Origin: Candidatus Limnocylindrales bacterium
GTDB taxonomy: Bacteria; Moduliflexota; Moduliflexia; Moduliflexales; JAUQPW01
DNA: 64,000 nt
NCBI GenBank assembly: GCA_035559535.1
Contig: DATMBG010000058.1
Coordinates: 186,001-250,000, forward strand
Direction: 5' to 3'
Shown here: positions 16,646-27,393 of the stretch, one piece after another
Layout of the letters: each line of letters opens with the position of its first letter
Position numbering within the stretch: position 1 is the first letter of the stretch
Notes under the pieces: generated by a model
Databases searched by the model: none
Told to the model about the DNA's origin: nothing
The model's input: only the letters and a program-made list of their open reading frames with translations
Translations under genes and position numbers: made by a program

Positions 16646-17746
16646 ATGGCAAAATTTCACGGGTGTTCCTCAGGTAGGGACAACCCCATAGGCAGTAAGC
16701 TAATGTTTTCTAAAATTTTGAATTCCTTTATTACGATACTGTTAGCTTTGTTGGTTGGGATGATTCCGCTTATCCTTACAGGAAACAATCCTGTGAAGGC
16801 TTACATAGCCCTTTTCCAGGGCGCTTTTGGGAGTCTGTATGGGTTGACCGAGACCCTGGTAAAGGCTATTCCCTTGATTCTGACCGGACTGGCCGTTTCT
16901 TTCCCACTTCGCGCAGGATTTTGGAATATCGGAGCAGAAGGTCAATTGTATTTGGGAGCTATGGCTGCTACGGGGGTTGCTTTAACCTTTGGGCACCTGG
17001 CCTCCTTTATTTTACTTCCTTTGGTTATCCTGTCCGGGTTTTTAGCCGGAGCTTTGTGGGGTTTAGTTCCAGCTTTTTTGAAAGTCCGATTACAGGTCAA
17101 TGAGATCCTTCTGACCCTGATGATGAACTATGTTGCCGTTAACGGATCTAATTATTTGGTATATGGACCCTTAAAAGACCCGCAGGGAGCCAATTTTCCA
17201 ATTACTGCTACCTTTTCAGAAGCCGCCTGGCTTCCTCGTCTTCCGGGTACCCGTTTGCATGCCGGAATTATCCTGGCTTTTACCATGGCCGGAGTCCTTT
17301 ATCTTATCCTGGGTAAGACCCGTTTGGGCTATGAGATTAAAGTAGTAGGAGCCAATCCCCAGGTCGCTTTATATGGAGGTATTTCCTTGATGACCATTAC
17401 TTTGATCGTGATGATGATAGGAGGCGGATTGGCAGGATTGGCAGGGGTCGGGGAGGTTGCAGGCCTTCAACATCGTCTCCGAAAAGATATCTCACCCGGA
17501 TATGGCTATACCGCGATTCCTATTGCACTGCTTGGAAAAGGACATCCTATAGGAGTTACCATTGCTGCCCTCCTCTTTGGGGCTTTATTTGTGGGAGGTT
17601 CTCATATGCAACAAACAACCAAAGTACCTGTGGCCTTGATCTCTATTATTCAAGCTTTGGTCGTCTTGTTTGTGGTGGCAGGAGAGGCCTTAAGAAGTTC
17701 TTCCTTTGGAGTCCGTAACCCGTTACAAAAGATAACAAATCCATAA
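16646..17746 (+). CDS. Nucleoside-type ABC permease 1
   Basis: WNIGAEGQ, NEILLTLMMNY, multi-TM; the true start is probably a later ATG. Confidence 0.9.
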   Translation: MAKFHGCSSGRDNPIGSKLMFSKILNSFITILLALLVGMIPLILTGNNPVKAYIALFQGAFGSLYGLTETLVKAIPLILTGLAVSFPLRAGFWNIGAEGQLYLGAMAATGVALTFGHLASFILLPLVILSGFLAGALWGLVPAFLKVRLQVNEILLTLMMNYVAVNGSNYLVYGPLKDPQGANFPITATFSEAAWLPRLPGTRLHAGIILAFTMAGVLYLILGKTRLGYEIKVVGANPQVALYGGISLMTITLIVMMIGGGLAGLAGVGEVAGLQHRLRKDISPGYGYTAIPIALLGKGHPIGVTIAALLFGALFVGGSHMQQTTKVPVALISIIQALVVLFVVAGEALRSSSFGVRNPLQKITNP

Positions 17747-17764
17747 CCCAAATTCCACAGACCT

Positions 17765-18709
17765 ATGTCGGATATTTTAACAATAACTTTTCTCATTTCG
17801 GTCTTGACGGCAGCCGTGCGTGCGGGAACCCCTTTATTTTTTGCCGCCTTAGGGGAGATCCTCGCAGAGCGATCGGGGGTTTTAAATTTGGGCCTCGAAG
17901 GGTTGATGATCCTGGGGGCTTTATCTGGATTTATGGTAGGAAGTGCGACGGGAAATCCCTGGTTAGGATTGCTTGCTGCCATGCTAAGTGCCGGACTTCT
18001 CAGTCTCCTCCACGCTTTCCTGTGTATTCATCTTAGAGGCAATCAAGTCGTCAGTGGCATTATGCTGGTTCTTCTAGGAATGGGTCTATCCAGTTTTGTA
18101 GGAGAAAACCTGGTCGGTAAGACGACCCGGGGGTTTCAGCCCCTTCCTATTCCTATTCTGAGTCGACTACCTATTCTGGGTCCGGTTTTATTTCAACATA
18201 GTATTCTGGTTTATCTGGCCATCTTGCTGGCCTTTCTTTCCTGGTTTTTTCTGTTTAAAACCCGTTGGGGCCTGGAGGTCATTGCCGTAGGCGAAAGTCC
18301 CGAGGCTGCAGACACGGTAGGTGTTCCCGTACAGGCTATTCGATATGCCTGTGTCCTGATAGGAGGTATGTTGGCCGGAATTGGCGGTGCCTTTCTTTCC
18401 CTGGCCTATACCCGCATGTGGGTCGATCAGATGACTGCCGGTCGAGGCTGGATTGCCGTAGCTCTCGTAATCTTCTCGGCCTGGCTCCCTCAAAGGGCTT
18501 TGCTGGGAGCTTACTTTTTTGGTGGTATAGAAGGACTTCAACTCCGGCTTCAGGCGGCAGGAATAGGTATTTCTTATCATATCTTGCAGATGATGCCTTA
18601 TCTGGCCACTATCTTTGTCCTTGTCTTCTCAGCCCGACAAGAATTCCGACAAAAGATAGGCGCCCCAGCAGCTTTAATGAAACCCTATGTGCGTGGAGAA
18701 CGAGCCTAA
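17765..18709 (+). CDS. Nucleoside-type ABC permease 2
   Basis: ERSGVLNLGLEG, MTAGRGWIA, PAAL..PY. Confidence 0.92.
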   Translation: MSDILTITFLISVLTAAVRAGTPLFFAALGEILAERSGVLNLGLEGLMILGALSGFMVGSATGNPWLGLLAAMLSAGLLSLLHAFLCIHLRGNQVVSGIMLVLLGMGLSSFVGENLVGKTTRGFQPLPIPILSRLPILGPVLFQHSILVYLAILLAFLSWFFLFKTRWGLEVIAVGESPEAADTVGVPVQAIRYACVLIGGMLAGIGGAFLSLAYTRMWVDQMTAGRGWIAVALVIFSAWLPQRALLGAYFFGGIEGLQLRLQAAGIGISYHILQMMPYLATIFVLVFSARQEFRQKIGAPAALMKPYVRGERA

Positions 18710-18788
18710 CCTTAAAATCAGTATCCATGAAGGACCCTAAGACTATAAAGAACCCTATAGAATAACTGTACCGTCCTTTAAAAACTGG

Positions 18789-18808
18789 TTGTATCTTATA
18801 AAATACAA
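18789..18808. promoter_or_regulatory. Palindromic operator-like site
   Basis: TTGTATcTTATAAaATACAA, 20 bp with one mismatched pair, upstream of the BMP gene. Confidence 0.45.
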
Positions 18809-18896
18809 GGGGATTTTGCTTTGTAATGGGAGGAGAGTTTAGAGGATATTCTTTTAGTCCTTTGGGACCTTTCGTAGGAAGATCGAGGAGAGAACT

Positions 18897-19931
18897 ATGA
18901 ATAAAAGATCCTGGTTTACAGGCGTTGTAATCGTTTTGCTTTTTTCCGTTCTTTCAACCTTTGGGCTCAAAGTACAGGCTCAAGACAAACTTAAAGTAGC
19001 ATTTATTTATGTAAGCCCGGTCGGGGATTTTGGATGGAGTTACGCCCACGATCAGGGACGGAAGTATCTGGAGAAGACCTTGAACTATGTGGAGACTGCC
19101 TATACAGAGTCTGTAGCTCCACCCGATGTGGAACGGGTCATCCGGGATTATGCCCAGAAGGGCTACAAAGTTATCTTCACCACCAGCTTTGAGTTCATGG
19201 ATCCCACATTGGAAGTTGCCAGGGACTTTCCGGATACTATTTTTGAGCACTGCTCCGGATACAAGACCGCGAAAAATGTAGGCACTTACTTCGGTCGTAT
19301 CCACGAAGCTGCCTATTTAAGTGGGCTCGTTGCGGGGAAAATGACCAGGAAAAACAGATTGGGTTTTGTGGCTGCCCATCCTATTCCTGAAGTTATCCGT
19401 AATATTAATTCCTTCACAAAAGGAGTTCGTGAAGTCAATCCCCAGGCAACCGTTAAGGTGGTCTGGACTGGTTCGTGGTATGATCCTCCTAAAGAAAAGG
19501 AAGCAGCCCTGAGTCTTATTGAGGCCGGAGCCGATGTGATTGCTCAACATCAGGACTCTCCGGCGGCTTTAGAAGCTGCCAAAGAAAAACAAGTCTATTC
19601 GGTGGGTTATAACAACGATATGAGTCAATTCAATCCCGAGGGTTTTTTAACAGCGCCCGTCTGGAATTGGGGTCCTTTTTATGTAGAGGTTGTAAAATCT
19701 GTAAAGGAGGGGACCTGGAAAAGTGAGTCCTACTGGAAAGGTTTTGAAGCCGGTATCATCGATATTGCTCCTTATGGAAAGGCGGTCCCTCAAGAGATAC
19801 GGGATTTTGTGGACAAAAGAAAACAGGAAATCAAGGAAGGGAAATTTAAGGTATGGCCGGATAAAAGCGATGAAGAACTTCTCAAAATGAATTACTTTAT
19901 CGAGGGGGTAGAAGGACAAATTCCAAAATAA
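18897..19931 (+). CDS. BMP-family ABC substrate-binding protein (purine/nucleoside-type)
   Basis: Signal peptide; GDFGWSYAHDQG, PIPEV.R.IN, WYDP, DVIAQHQDS. Confidence 0.92.
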   Translation: MNKRSWFTGVVIVLLFSVLSTFGLKVQAQDKLKVAFIYVSPVGDFGWSYAHDQGRKYLEKTLNYVETAYTESVAPPDVERVIRDYAQKGYKVIFTTSFEFMDPTLEVARDFPDTIFEHCSGYKTAKNVGTYFGRIHEAAYLSGLVAGKMTRKNRLGFVAAHPIPEVIRNINSFTKGVREVNPQATVKVVWTGSWYDPPKEKEAALSLIEAGADVIAQHQDSPAALEAAKEKQVYSVGYNNDMSQFNPEGFLTAPVWNWGPFYVEVVKSVKEGTWKSESYWKGFEAGIIDIAPYGKAVPQEIRDFVDKRKQEIKEGKFKVWPDKSDEELLKMNYFIEGVEGQIPK

Positions 19932-19978
19932 ACCAGGCAAAAAGAATTAACCTTTCGGGGTTTTTTAAGGAGGTAAGT

Positions 19979-20839
19979 ATGGAATCAGTACCCAGAAAAG
20001 TCGAAAAGCTCATTGAGCCGCAACCTGTCATTGAAGGAGCAGGTGTTAAGCTGAGGAGAAGTATTGCAATCCCAACCTTGGACCACCTGGATCCCTTTCT
20101 ATTACTGGATCATTTTGCGTCCGGTAATCCCGATGATTACAAGGCCGGATTCCCCATGCATCCCCATCGGGGAATTGAAACCGTCACCTATGTGCTTTCG
20201 GGGGTTGTTCACCATCGAGATACCCTGGGTAATTCTGGAAGTATCAGTGCCGGGGATGTTCAGTGGATGACGGCGGGAGGTGGTATTATGCATGAGGAAA
20301 TGCCCCAGGTACGTCCTGAAGGAATTGCAGGATTCCAGCTCTGGGTCAATCTCCCGGCAAAACTTAAAATGACCCGGCCTCGCTATCAAGATATCCGATC
20401 CCATGAAATTCCAGAATTCAAACGGAAAGACGGTACCATCATTCGGGTGATTGCAGGGGTTATAGATGATATTCAGGGTCCGGTGACCGGTATTGCAGTA
20501 GATCCCCTCTACCTGGATGTCTTTGTTCCTCCCCACACTTCTTTCACACAATCGATTAATCGGGGGCATACGACTTTTGCCTATGTTTTTGAAGGTAAGG
20601 CGAAATTTGAAGAAAACGGAGCGATGGTCTCTTATCCCCAATTAGTGGTTTGGAGCGATGGGGATAATGTCCGAGTTACCACGGATGAGAGTCCTGTTCG
20701 CTTTTTGCTGGTTTCCGGTAAGCCTTTGCATGAACCGATCGCGCGCTATGGTCCCTTTGTCATGAATACCCGGGAACAAATCGAGCAGGCACTCCTGGAT
20801 CTCCGGCGGGGAACCTTTGTTTATTCAGAATCCAGGTAA
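19979..20839 (+). CDS. Pirin family protein
   Basis: DPFLLLDH, HPHRGIETVTY, QWMTAGGGIMHEE, GPFVMN. Confidence 0.95.
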   Translation: MESVPRKVEKLIEPQPVIEGAGVKLRRSIAIPTLDHLDPFLLLDHFASGNPDDYKAGFPMHPHRGIETVTYVLSGVVHHRDTLGNSGSISAGDVQWMTAGGGIMHEEMPQVRPEGIAGFQLWVNLPAKLKMTRPRYQDIRSHEIPEFKRKDGTIIRVIAGVIDDIQGPVTGIAVDPLYLDVFVPPHTSFTQSINRGHTTFAYVFEGKAKFEENGAMVSYPQLVVWSDGDNVRVTTDESPVRFLLVSGKPLHEPIARYGPFVMNTREQIEQALLDLRRGTFVYSESR

Positions 20840-21078
20840 AGGATTCCAAGAAATATCCTTTACAGGGATGGGCTTAGAAAAAGTAACAGTAAATAGGCCT
20901 CCCCTTCGATCCCTCCCTGTTCCAGGGAAGGTTGAAGGGGAAAGGTTCTTCCTTTGCAACAGTAAAGGAAGAACTCGGGAAAGGACCTGCTTCTCAGTAC
21001 TCCTTAAAAACCTATCCTTGTAAAAATTCAGGGAGTCAGGTAAAAGCCTGTCCCAACAAGAGGAAGTACCTGACACTT

Positions 21079-21567
21079 ATGGCCGGCAAGGAGGACAAAA
21101 AATCAAAGATCCCGGTGCTGGAACAAACCTCGGCCGGGGGAATTGCTTTCCGCTATGGCACTTCCGGACCCGAGATCGTGATCATCTCAGTAGGACCTCA
21201 GGAACGCTGGCAACTTCCCAAAGGTCTTGTTGATCCTGGCGAATCTCCAGAGATAACGGCTATGCGTGAGGTACGAGAGGAAACCGGAATTGAAACTGAG
21301 TTAATCTCTCCTATTGATACCATCGAATACTGGTATATGGGGAGCCAGGATAATCGGCCTGTACGATTCCATAAGTTCGTACACTTCTTCTTACTACGTT
21401 ATAAAGCCGGTAATGTAAATGAACATGATCGAGAAGTAAACGAGGCGCGATGGGTTTCCCTGGAGGAGGCAAAAACCTTGCTGACTTTTAAGAGTGAGCG
21501 GGAAATCGTAGAGAAAGCTGAAGCCATGATCAAGGCGTTGAACCCAGATAGTAAAATTTCTTCTTGA
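21079..21567 (+). CDS. NUDIX hydrolase
   Basis: Nudix box GLVDPGESPEITAMREVREETG; start set to ATG 21079. Confidence 0.9.
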   Translation: MAGKEDKKSKIPVLEQTSAGGIAFRYGTSGPEIVIISVGPQERWQLPKGLVDPGESPEITAMREVREETGIETELISPIDTIEYWYMGSQDNRPVRFHKFVHFFLLRYKAGNVNEHDREVNEARWVSLEEAKTLLTFKSEREIVEKAEAMIKALNPDSKISS

Positions 21568-21599
21568 AGTGAATCAAAACTAACTTTACAGGGTGTTAT

Positions 21600-22030
21600 C
21601 ATAGCTTTTGCCCTCACCCCCCGGCCCCCCTCTCCCCCTTCCTCACCCTTCCCATAGACGGGGAGGGAAGGGGTGGGGGGCGGAGAGGGGAGCGAGAAGA
21701 TCTCCGGGTCAACTTCCCAAATACCCCCCTCTCCCGAAGCTTTGGGAGAAGGGAGTTTGGGGAGCTGGCCTGGAGATTGGCCGGTACCCCTCGCCCACGC
21801 TGTGGGAGCGGGGGAGGGGGTCAGGGGCATACCCGCCAGGTTAAGGTACCCCCGCCCCGTCCCTCCCCCGTTTCACAGGGGAAGGAACTTCACTTCAAAG
21901 TTCCTTCCCCTGTGAAACGGGGGAAAGTGAGTAGGTCAAACGTCTCGTTTGACATTAAGGAGACCCTCCTCAGGGATTTCACTCTTAACCTGGTGCCTAT
22001 GGGGGTTAGGGGTGAGAGGAGAGAGCCCCG
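21600..22030. repeat. Cluster of REP-like palindromes, including a GTAG-type REP at 21931-21953
   Basis: ccctcacccc..cccctctccc..gggagaggg units also occur at 45780-45985; GTAGGTCAAACGTCTCGTTTGAC also occurs at 41253. Confidence 0.75.
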
Positions 22031-22082
22031 TGGAATTAGCTTTACAAGGTATTCTTATCTCAAAACTTTGGAGAACTTATTT

Positions 22083-22658
22083 ATGAAGATGAATCCACCA
22101 CAAAATCCAGGAGATCCACAGGGTAAAGAAGTTATAACCCTGGGAGGAGGCTGCTTTTGGTGTATTGAAGCAATCTTTGACGAACTGAAAGGAGTGGAAA
22201 AAGTGGAGTCGGGTTACTCAGGGGGCTGGGTGGTCAATCCGACCTATCGTCAGGTTTGTACAGGGACCACCGGTCATGCTGAGGTTGTACAGATTACCTT
22301 CGATCCTAAAATTATTTCCTTGAGAGAGCTTCTGGAGATTTTCTTTACCGTACACGACCCCACCACTCCCAATCGTCAAGGACCGGATATCGGTCCACAA
22401 TACCGCTCGGTGATTTTCTATCATAATGAAGCCCAAAAGGCTATCGCTGAACAGGTTATTAAGGATCTTGAAGCTGCAAAGTTATGGAGTGCACCCATTG
22501 TAACGGAGATTTCACCTTTTAAGGCGTTTTACAAGGCAGAGGATTATCATCAAGAGTACTTTAAACTGAATAGTGAGCAACCTTACTGTCGCTATGTGAT
22601 TGCACCAAAGGTTACGAAATTTCGGGAACATTACCGGGATAAGCTGAAAACAGCATAG
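22083..22658 (+). CDS. msrA: Peptide methionine sulfoxide reductase A
   Basis: [32 protein letters not shown]. Start set to ATG 22083 because the track's extension is repeat DNA. Confidence 0.95.
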   Translation: MKMNPPQNPGDPQGKEVITLGGGCFWCIEAIFDELKGVEKVESGYSGGWVVNPTYRQVCTGTTGHAEVVQITFDPKIISLRELLEIFFTVHDPTTPNRQGPDIGPQYRSVIFYHNEAQKAIAEQVIKDLEAAKLWSAPIVTEISPFKAFYKAEDYHQEYFKLNSEQPYCRYVIAPKVTKFREHYRDKLKTA

Positions 22659-22760
22659 TCCGGCATCCCATGAGACGGTTAAACAACCCCTGCCGGGACT
22701 CTAAATAAACTGCTTACTTTTGTTGATATAGGCTTCTTGCTTAAAACTAGATGAGGAGGT

Positions 22761-23693
22761 TTGCCTGTGTTTCAATTAAATACTGGAAAGACCTTGCCAG
22801 AGGAGCCTACCTGGAAATGGTCTGACGAGAAGATATTTGAAGTGGTCAATAAGGTTCGTGCCGGGCGGGATTTAACTCCTAAACGTTGGCCTCACAAAGC
22901 TCGCGTAGCTGTGGGGTTGTCCTTTGATGTAGATAATGAAACCCTCTCTCTGAGAGATGGGCAGATATCACCTGCCTTAATGGCTCAGGGTGAGTATGGT
23001 TCGAGGGCTGGTTTACCGAGGATACTTCGATTACTGGATCAATTCCAGATTCCGGCCACGTTCTTTACACCGGCCGTGACCGCAAAACTTCATCCCCGAT
23101 CGATCCAGGATATTTTAAGCAGTGGACGGCATGAAATAGGGATCCATGGTTGGATCCACGAGCGTAACAGTCAACTGGATGAAGTAGAAGAGTACGAACT
23201 GATGCGACGTAGCCTGGAAACACTTACAGAAATAACAGGTAAAAAACCTGTGGGACTGCGCACCCCATCCTGGGATTTCAGTCTGTCAACTTTGAAATTT
23301 ATCTGTGAATTCGAGTTGCTTTATGATAGTAGTCTCATGGCTGATGATCGTCCCTATGAAATACTTTTGGAAGGTAGGCCTACAGGCGTCGTCGAATTGC
23401 CCGTTGAGTGGATCCTGGATGATTATCCCTATTTTGGCATGGATAGAAACCTGGCTATTCGTCCCTATACCCCCCCTGAGGATGTTTTTAATATCTGGCG
23501 GACCGAATTTGATAAGGCCTATGAAGAAGGTACAATATTTATTCTCACAATGCATCCCCATATCATAGGTCATCGATCCCGCATCATTCTACTTGAGCGG
23601 TTGATCCGTTATATCTGGTCGCGTCAGCAAGTGTGGTTTGCTACCCATGAGGAAATTGCACAATTTGTACGACCAGCGAAGGAAATTGCCTAG
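22761..23693 (+). CDS. Polysaccharide deacetylase (CE4, PuuE/HpPgdA-like)
   Basis: SFDVD, HEIGIHGWIHE, RTPSW, YDSSLM, MHPHIIG; TTG start with SD GAGGAGG. Confidence 0.88.
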   Translation: MPVFQLNTGKTLPEEPTWKWSDEKIFEVVNKVRAGRDLTPKRWPHKARVAVGLSFDVDNETLSLRDGQISPALMAQGEYGSRAGLPRILRLLDQFQIPATFFTPAVTAKLHPRSIQDILSSGRHEIGIHGWIHERNSQLDEVEEYELMRRSLETLTEITGKKPVGLRTPSWDFSLSTLKFICEFELLYDSSLMADDRPYEILLEGRPTGVVELPVEWILDDYPYFGMDRNLAIRPYTPPEDVFNIWRTEFDKAYEEGTIFILTMHPHIIGHRSRIILLERLIRYIWSRQQVWFATHEEIAQFVRPAKEIA

Positions 23694-23711
23694 AGGAAGA
23701 ATGGAGGAGAT

Positions 23712-26700
23712 ATGAACGAATTTTCGCTAGAAAGTAAATATTTGCAAGAAGAGGGGAGAATCATTCTATCCGGAGTTCAGGCTCTGGTGCGTTTACCGTT
23801 GGATCAGCATCGTGCAGACAAAAGGGCTGGATTGCGCACGGCAACTCTGATCTCAGGTTATCGAGGTTCACCACTTGGGGGCTTAGATACCCTGCTTCAG
23901 CGGAATCGAAAGCTCTTAAACGAACACGATGTAGTCTTTATACCCGGGGTAAATGAGGATCTGGGTGCAACGGCCATATTTGGTAGCCAACTGGCGAACC
24001 TCTTGCCCAATCCCAGGTATGATGGGGTATTGGGTATGTGGTATGGTAAAGCCCCGGGGGTGGATCGTTCTGGAGATGCCTTCAAACATGCCAATTTTGC
24101 CGGAGTCGGTCGTTATGGAGGTGTGTTGGCCCTGGCCGGAGATGATCCCATTTGCAAATCCTCAACCCTTCCTTCTCACTCGGAAGTTGCTTTGTATGAC
24201 GCACAGATGCCCATTCTGTATCCGGGTAATGTTCAAGAAATCATCGAAATGGGCCGGTATGGATTTGAACTCTCCCGTTACAGCGGGGCCTGGGTTGGTT
24301 TCAAAGTGGTTACAAATATAGCCGATGCGTTCAGCACTGCCGAAGTTTATCCCATTGAGAACATCGTCCGACCGGAGTTCATCTTCAATGGCCGACCCTG
24401 GCAACATACTCAAAATCCTGCCCTCCTGGCTCCCTACTCTTTGCAACTTGAGCGTGAAATTTACGAAGGGCGTCTCGAAGCCGCCAGGCTCTTTGCTGCC
24501 GCCAATAAACTTAACCGTATAACTATTTCCGGTGCCCGGGATTGGATCGGGATCGTATCTGCGGGGAAAGTTTATTACGATGTACGGGAAGCCCTCTACC
24601 AACTTGGATTGAATGATGAGCAATTACGCCGATATGGGATTAGATTACTCAAAATTGGGCTACTCTATCCCTTAGAACCGGAAATCATTAAAACCTTTGC
24701 CCGAGGTCTGGAAGAGATTTTTGTCATTGAAGAGAAACGTGCTTTTATCGAATTATTTATCCGGGATGTGTTATATAATCAATCAGAACGGCCCCTGGTT
24801 GTTGGTAAACGCGACGAGCAGGGTCGTTTTCTCGTACGGGGAGATAGTGAACTCGATGCAGATCAGATTACAGAACTGTTGGTCAGACAGTTGACAAAAA
24901 AAGTACCACCGGCGTTATTTGAGAAGCGGCTTGCAGCCTTGTCCCATCACTCCCTTGCCTTATCAGTTCAGGATCAGCCCTTGCTCCCGCGTACTCCCTA
25001 TTTCTGTTCCGGTTGTCCCCATAATCGCTCCACCGTTATCCCCGAAGGCTCCATCGCGGGCGGAGGTATTGGCTGTCATAGTATGTCCTTGTTAATGGAC
25101 CGTCGTACCTGGGGTATTACCCACATGGGAGGTGAAGGGGTCCAGTGGGTTGGTGCAGCCCCGTTTTCTAATACGCCTCATCTGTTTCAGCATCTAGGGG
25201 ATGGTACACTATTCCATTCGGGCTATCTGGCAATTCGGCAAGCAGTAGCCGCCGGAACCAACATTACTTACAAAATTCTTTATAATTCGGCTGTTGCCAT
25301 GACCGGAGGTCAGGCCGTGGATGGGGCAATGCCGGTACCCGAATTAACCCGGGCCCTGGAGGCTGAAGGAGTACGAAAGATTATCGTCTGTGCCTATGAT
25401 CCAAATAAATATCCCCCAGATGCAAAATGGGCTTCGAATGTGGAGATATGGCATCGAGATCGTCTGGACGAAGCCCAGCGCGTGTTACGCAAGGAGAAAG
25501 GGGTAACTGCTTTGATTTATGATCAACCTTGTGCAGCAGAATTACGCCGTAAGCGTAAACGGGGATTGGTTGAAGATCCCCCCCTGCATGTCTTCATCAA
25601 TGAAGCCGTCTGTGAAGGGTGCGGCGACTGTGGAGTGAAGTCAAACTGTCTCAGTGTACTCCCGGTGGAAACTGAATTGGGACGTAAAACCCAAATTCAT
25701 CAATCGTCCTGTAATAAAGATTATACCTGTCTCCAGGGAGACTGTCCTGCCTTCCTCACCGTAATTCCTGAGCAAAATGATAAAGTGGAGAAACGGCTGG
25801 AGATTAACGTGGAGGACTGCGACCTACCAGAACCCCACCGTTTGTTACCCAAAGAAGCCAATATTTATATGACAGGTATCGGTGGTACAGGCGTCGTCAC
25901 GGTCAATGAAATTTTAGCAACGGCAGCCTTCCTGGAAGGTAAATATGTCTATAGCCTTGATCAAACAGGACTGAGCCAGAAAGGCGGTCCGGTCCTTTCC
26001 CATCTGAAAATCCTGGACCAGCCCCGTGAGATTTCCAATAAGATTGGATGGGGTACAGCCGATGTTTATATTGTGTTTGATATCTTGGGAGGTGTGACCG
26101 ATGAAAATTTACGCCATACCCATAAAGAGAAAACCATAGCTGTGGTATCCAGTAGCCAAATAGCAACTGGAGCCATGATAAGATCAACGGCTGTCCGTTT
26201 TCCTGAAGAAGACTCTTTAAGGCAACGTATCGAAACCCATACCCAGGCCCAAAAGAATGTATATCTCGATGCAGTGGCCTTGGCTGAAAATCTGTTCGGT
26301 AATCATCTGCTTGCCAACATGATTACCATTGGTGCGGCTTATCAGGCTGGATTACTTCCACTGACTGCCCAGGCCATTGAACGGGCCATTACGCTCAATG
26401 GAGTAGCGGTAGAAGCGAACCGGCAGGCTTTCCGAGTCGGGCGAATGGTTGTAATTAACCCCCATTGGAAACCTGTACAAACCTTAAACCGTATGGGTTC
26501 TCAACCCCTAAAATCAGAAATTACACCGGAAGCGCAGGCCCTCATTGATTCTGTCGAGGCACAGGGTGAATTACGTCGTCTACTCGAAATTCGCGTCCCC
26601 GAACTGATAGCCTACCAAAACCTGTCTTATGCTCGAGAATATGTGGAGTTTGTTAAACGGGTGAAAAAAGCCGAAGCCCGTATAACCCAGGATACCCGCT

Positions 26701-27197
26701 TGAGTGAAAGTGTGGCCCGATACCTGTTTAAATTGATGGCTTATAAGGATGAGTATGAAGTAGCCCGTTTGCAGATACGTCCCGAATTTCAATCGATGTT
26801 GGCCCGACAGTTTGGCAAAAATGCCAAAATCACCTATCACCTCCATCCCCCCTTCCTTCGGGCCCTGGGCCTTAAAAGGAAAATCGGTTTGGGTAAATGG
26901 TTTAATATCGGCTATTGGTTATTGACAAAGCTCAAAGGCCTACGGGGTACTCCCTTGGATATTTTCGGTTATACTCACCTACGCAAGGTAGAGCGAGAAT
27001 TAATTACAGAGTACCGTGCCCTTATCGAACAGGAATTGATCGGGTTATCGATAGATACCTATGAAAGGGCTGTGACCCTGGCTAACCTGCCGGATATGAT
27101 TCGTGGTTATGAGGAAATCAAACTGGCTAACGTAGCCAGATTCCGTGCAGAGGTGCAGAGGGTACGGAGTCAATATTCCAAACAGATACCGGTGTAA
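23712..27197 (+). CDS. Indolepyruvate ferredoxin oxidoreductase family protein (fused single chain)
   Basis: SGYRGSPLGG, FCSGCPHN, GDGT..HSG, CEGCGDC ferredoxin motif, GIGGTGVVT, YKDEYEVAR. Confidence 0.93.
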   Translation: MNEFSLESKYLQEEGRIILSGVQALVRLPLDQHRADKRAGLRTATLISGYRGSPLGGLDTLLQRNRKLLNEHDVVFIPGVNEDLGATAIFGSQLANLLPNPRYDGVLGMWYGKAPGVDRSGDAFKHANFAGVGRYGGVLALAGDDPICKSSTLPSHSEVALYDAQMPILYPGNVQEIIEMGRYGFELSRYSGAWVGFKVVTNIADAFSTAEVYPIENIVRPEFIFNGRPWQHTQNPALLAPYSLQLEREIYEGRLEAARLFAAANKLNRITISGARDWIGIVSAGKVYYDVREALYQLGLNDEQLRRYGIRLLKIGLLYPLEPEIIKTFARGLEEIFVIEEKRAFIELFIRDVLYNQSERPLVVGKRDEQGRFLVRGDSELDADQITELLVRQLTKKVPPALFEKRLAALSHHSLALSVQDQPLLPRTPYFCSGCPHNRSTVIPEGSIAGGGIGCHSMSLLMDRRTWGITHMGGEGVQWVGAAPFSNTPHLFQHLGDGTLFHSGYLAIRQAVAAGTNITYKILYNSAVAMTGGQAVDGAMPVPELTRALEAEGVRKIIVCAYDPNKYPPDAKWASNVEIWHRDRLDEAQRVLRKEKGVTALIYDQPCAAELRRKRKRGLVEDPPLHVFINEAVCEGCGDCGVKSNCLSVLPVETELGRKTQIHQSSCNKDYTCLQGDCPAFLTVIPEQNDKVEKRLEINVEDCDLPEPHRLLPKEANIYMTGIGGTGVVTVNEILATAAFLEGKYVYSLDQTGLSQKGGPVLSHLKILDQPREISNKIGWGTADVYIVFDILGGVTDENLRHTHKEKTIAVVSSSQIATGAMIRSTAVRFPEEDSLRQRIETHTQAQKNVYLDAVALAENLFGNHLLANMITIGAAYQAGLLPLTAQAIERAITLNGVAVEANRQAFRVGRMVVINPHWKPVQTLNRMGSQPLKSEITPEAQALIDSVEAQGELRRLLEIRVPELIAYQNLSYAREYVEFVKRVKKAEARITQDTRLSESVARYLFKLMAYKDEYEVARLQIRPEFQSMLARQFGKNAKITYHLHPPFLRALGLKRKIGLGKWFNIGYWLLTKLKGLRGTPLDIFGYTHLRKVERELITEYRALIEQELIGLSIDTYERAVTLANLPDMIRGYEEIKLANVARFRAEVQRVRSQYSKQIPV

Positions 27198-27393
27198 GGA
27201 TTCACTCTCTTTCTGATACTTGCCAGAAACTGCCTTTTATCCGTTTCTACATTGGAACATCACCTAAACGGTAAGGGCAGCTCTTGTTGCTCTTACCGTT
27301 TATGCAGGATTTCAAGGTAGGAAATGACAGGGGATTTTACTTTAACCTTCCAGATAGTGGAATTTGTCTTTATCCATTGAAGCATTCAAAGTA

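Noticed and set aside
18265-18765. 166-aa alternative-frame ORF and the many antisense ORFs in the track
   Set aside because: They overlap well-supported genes and have no recognisable motifs.
21399-22082. Pro/Gly-rich ORFs and the long msrA N-terminal extension
   Set aside because: These are translations of REP-like repeats; the same applies to 5638-5880, 13266-13484 and 45780-45980.
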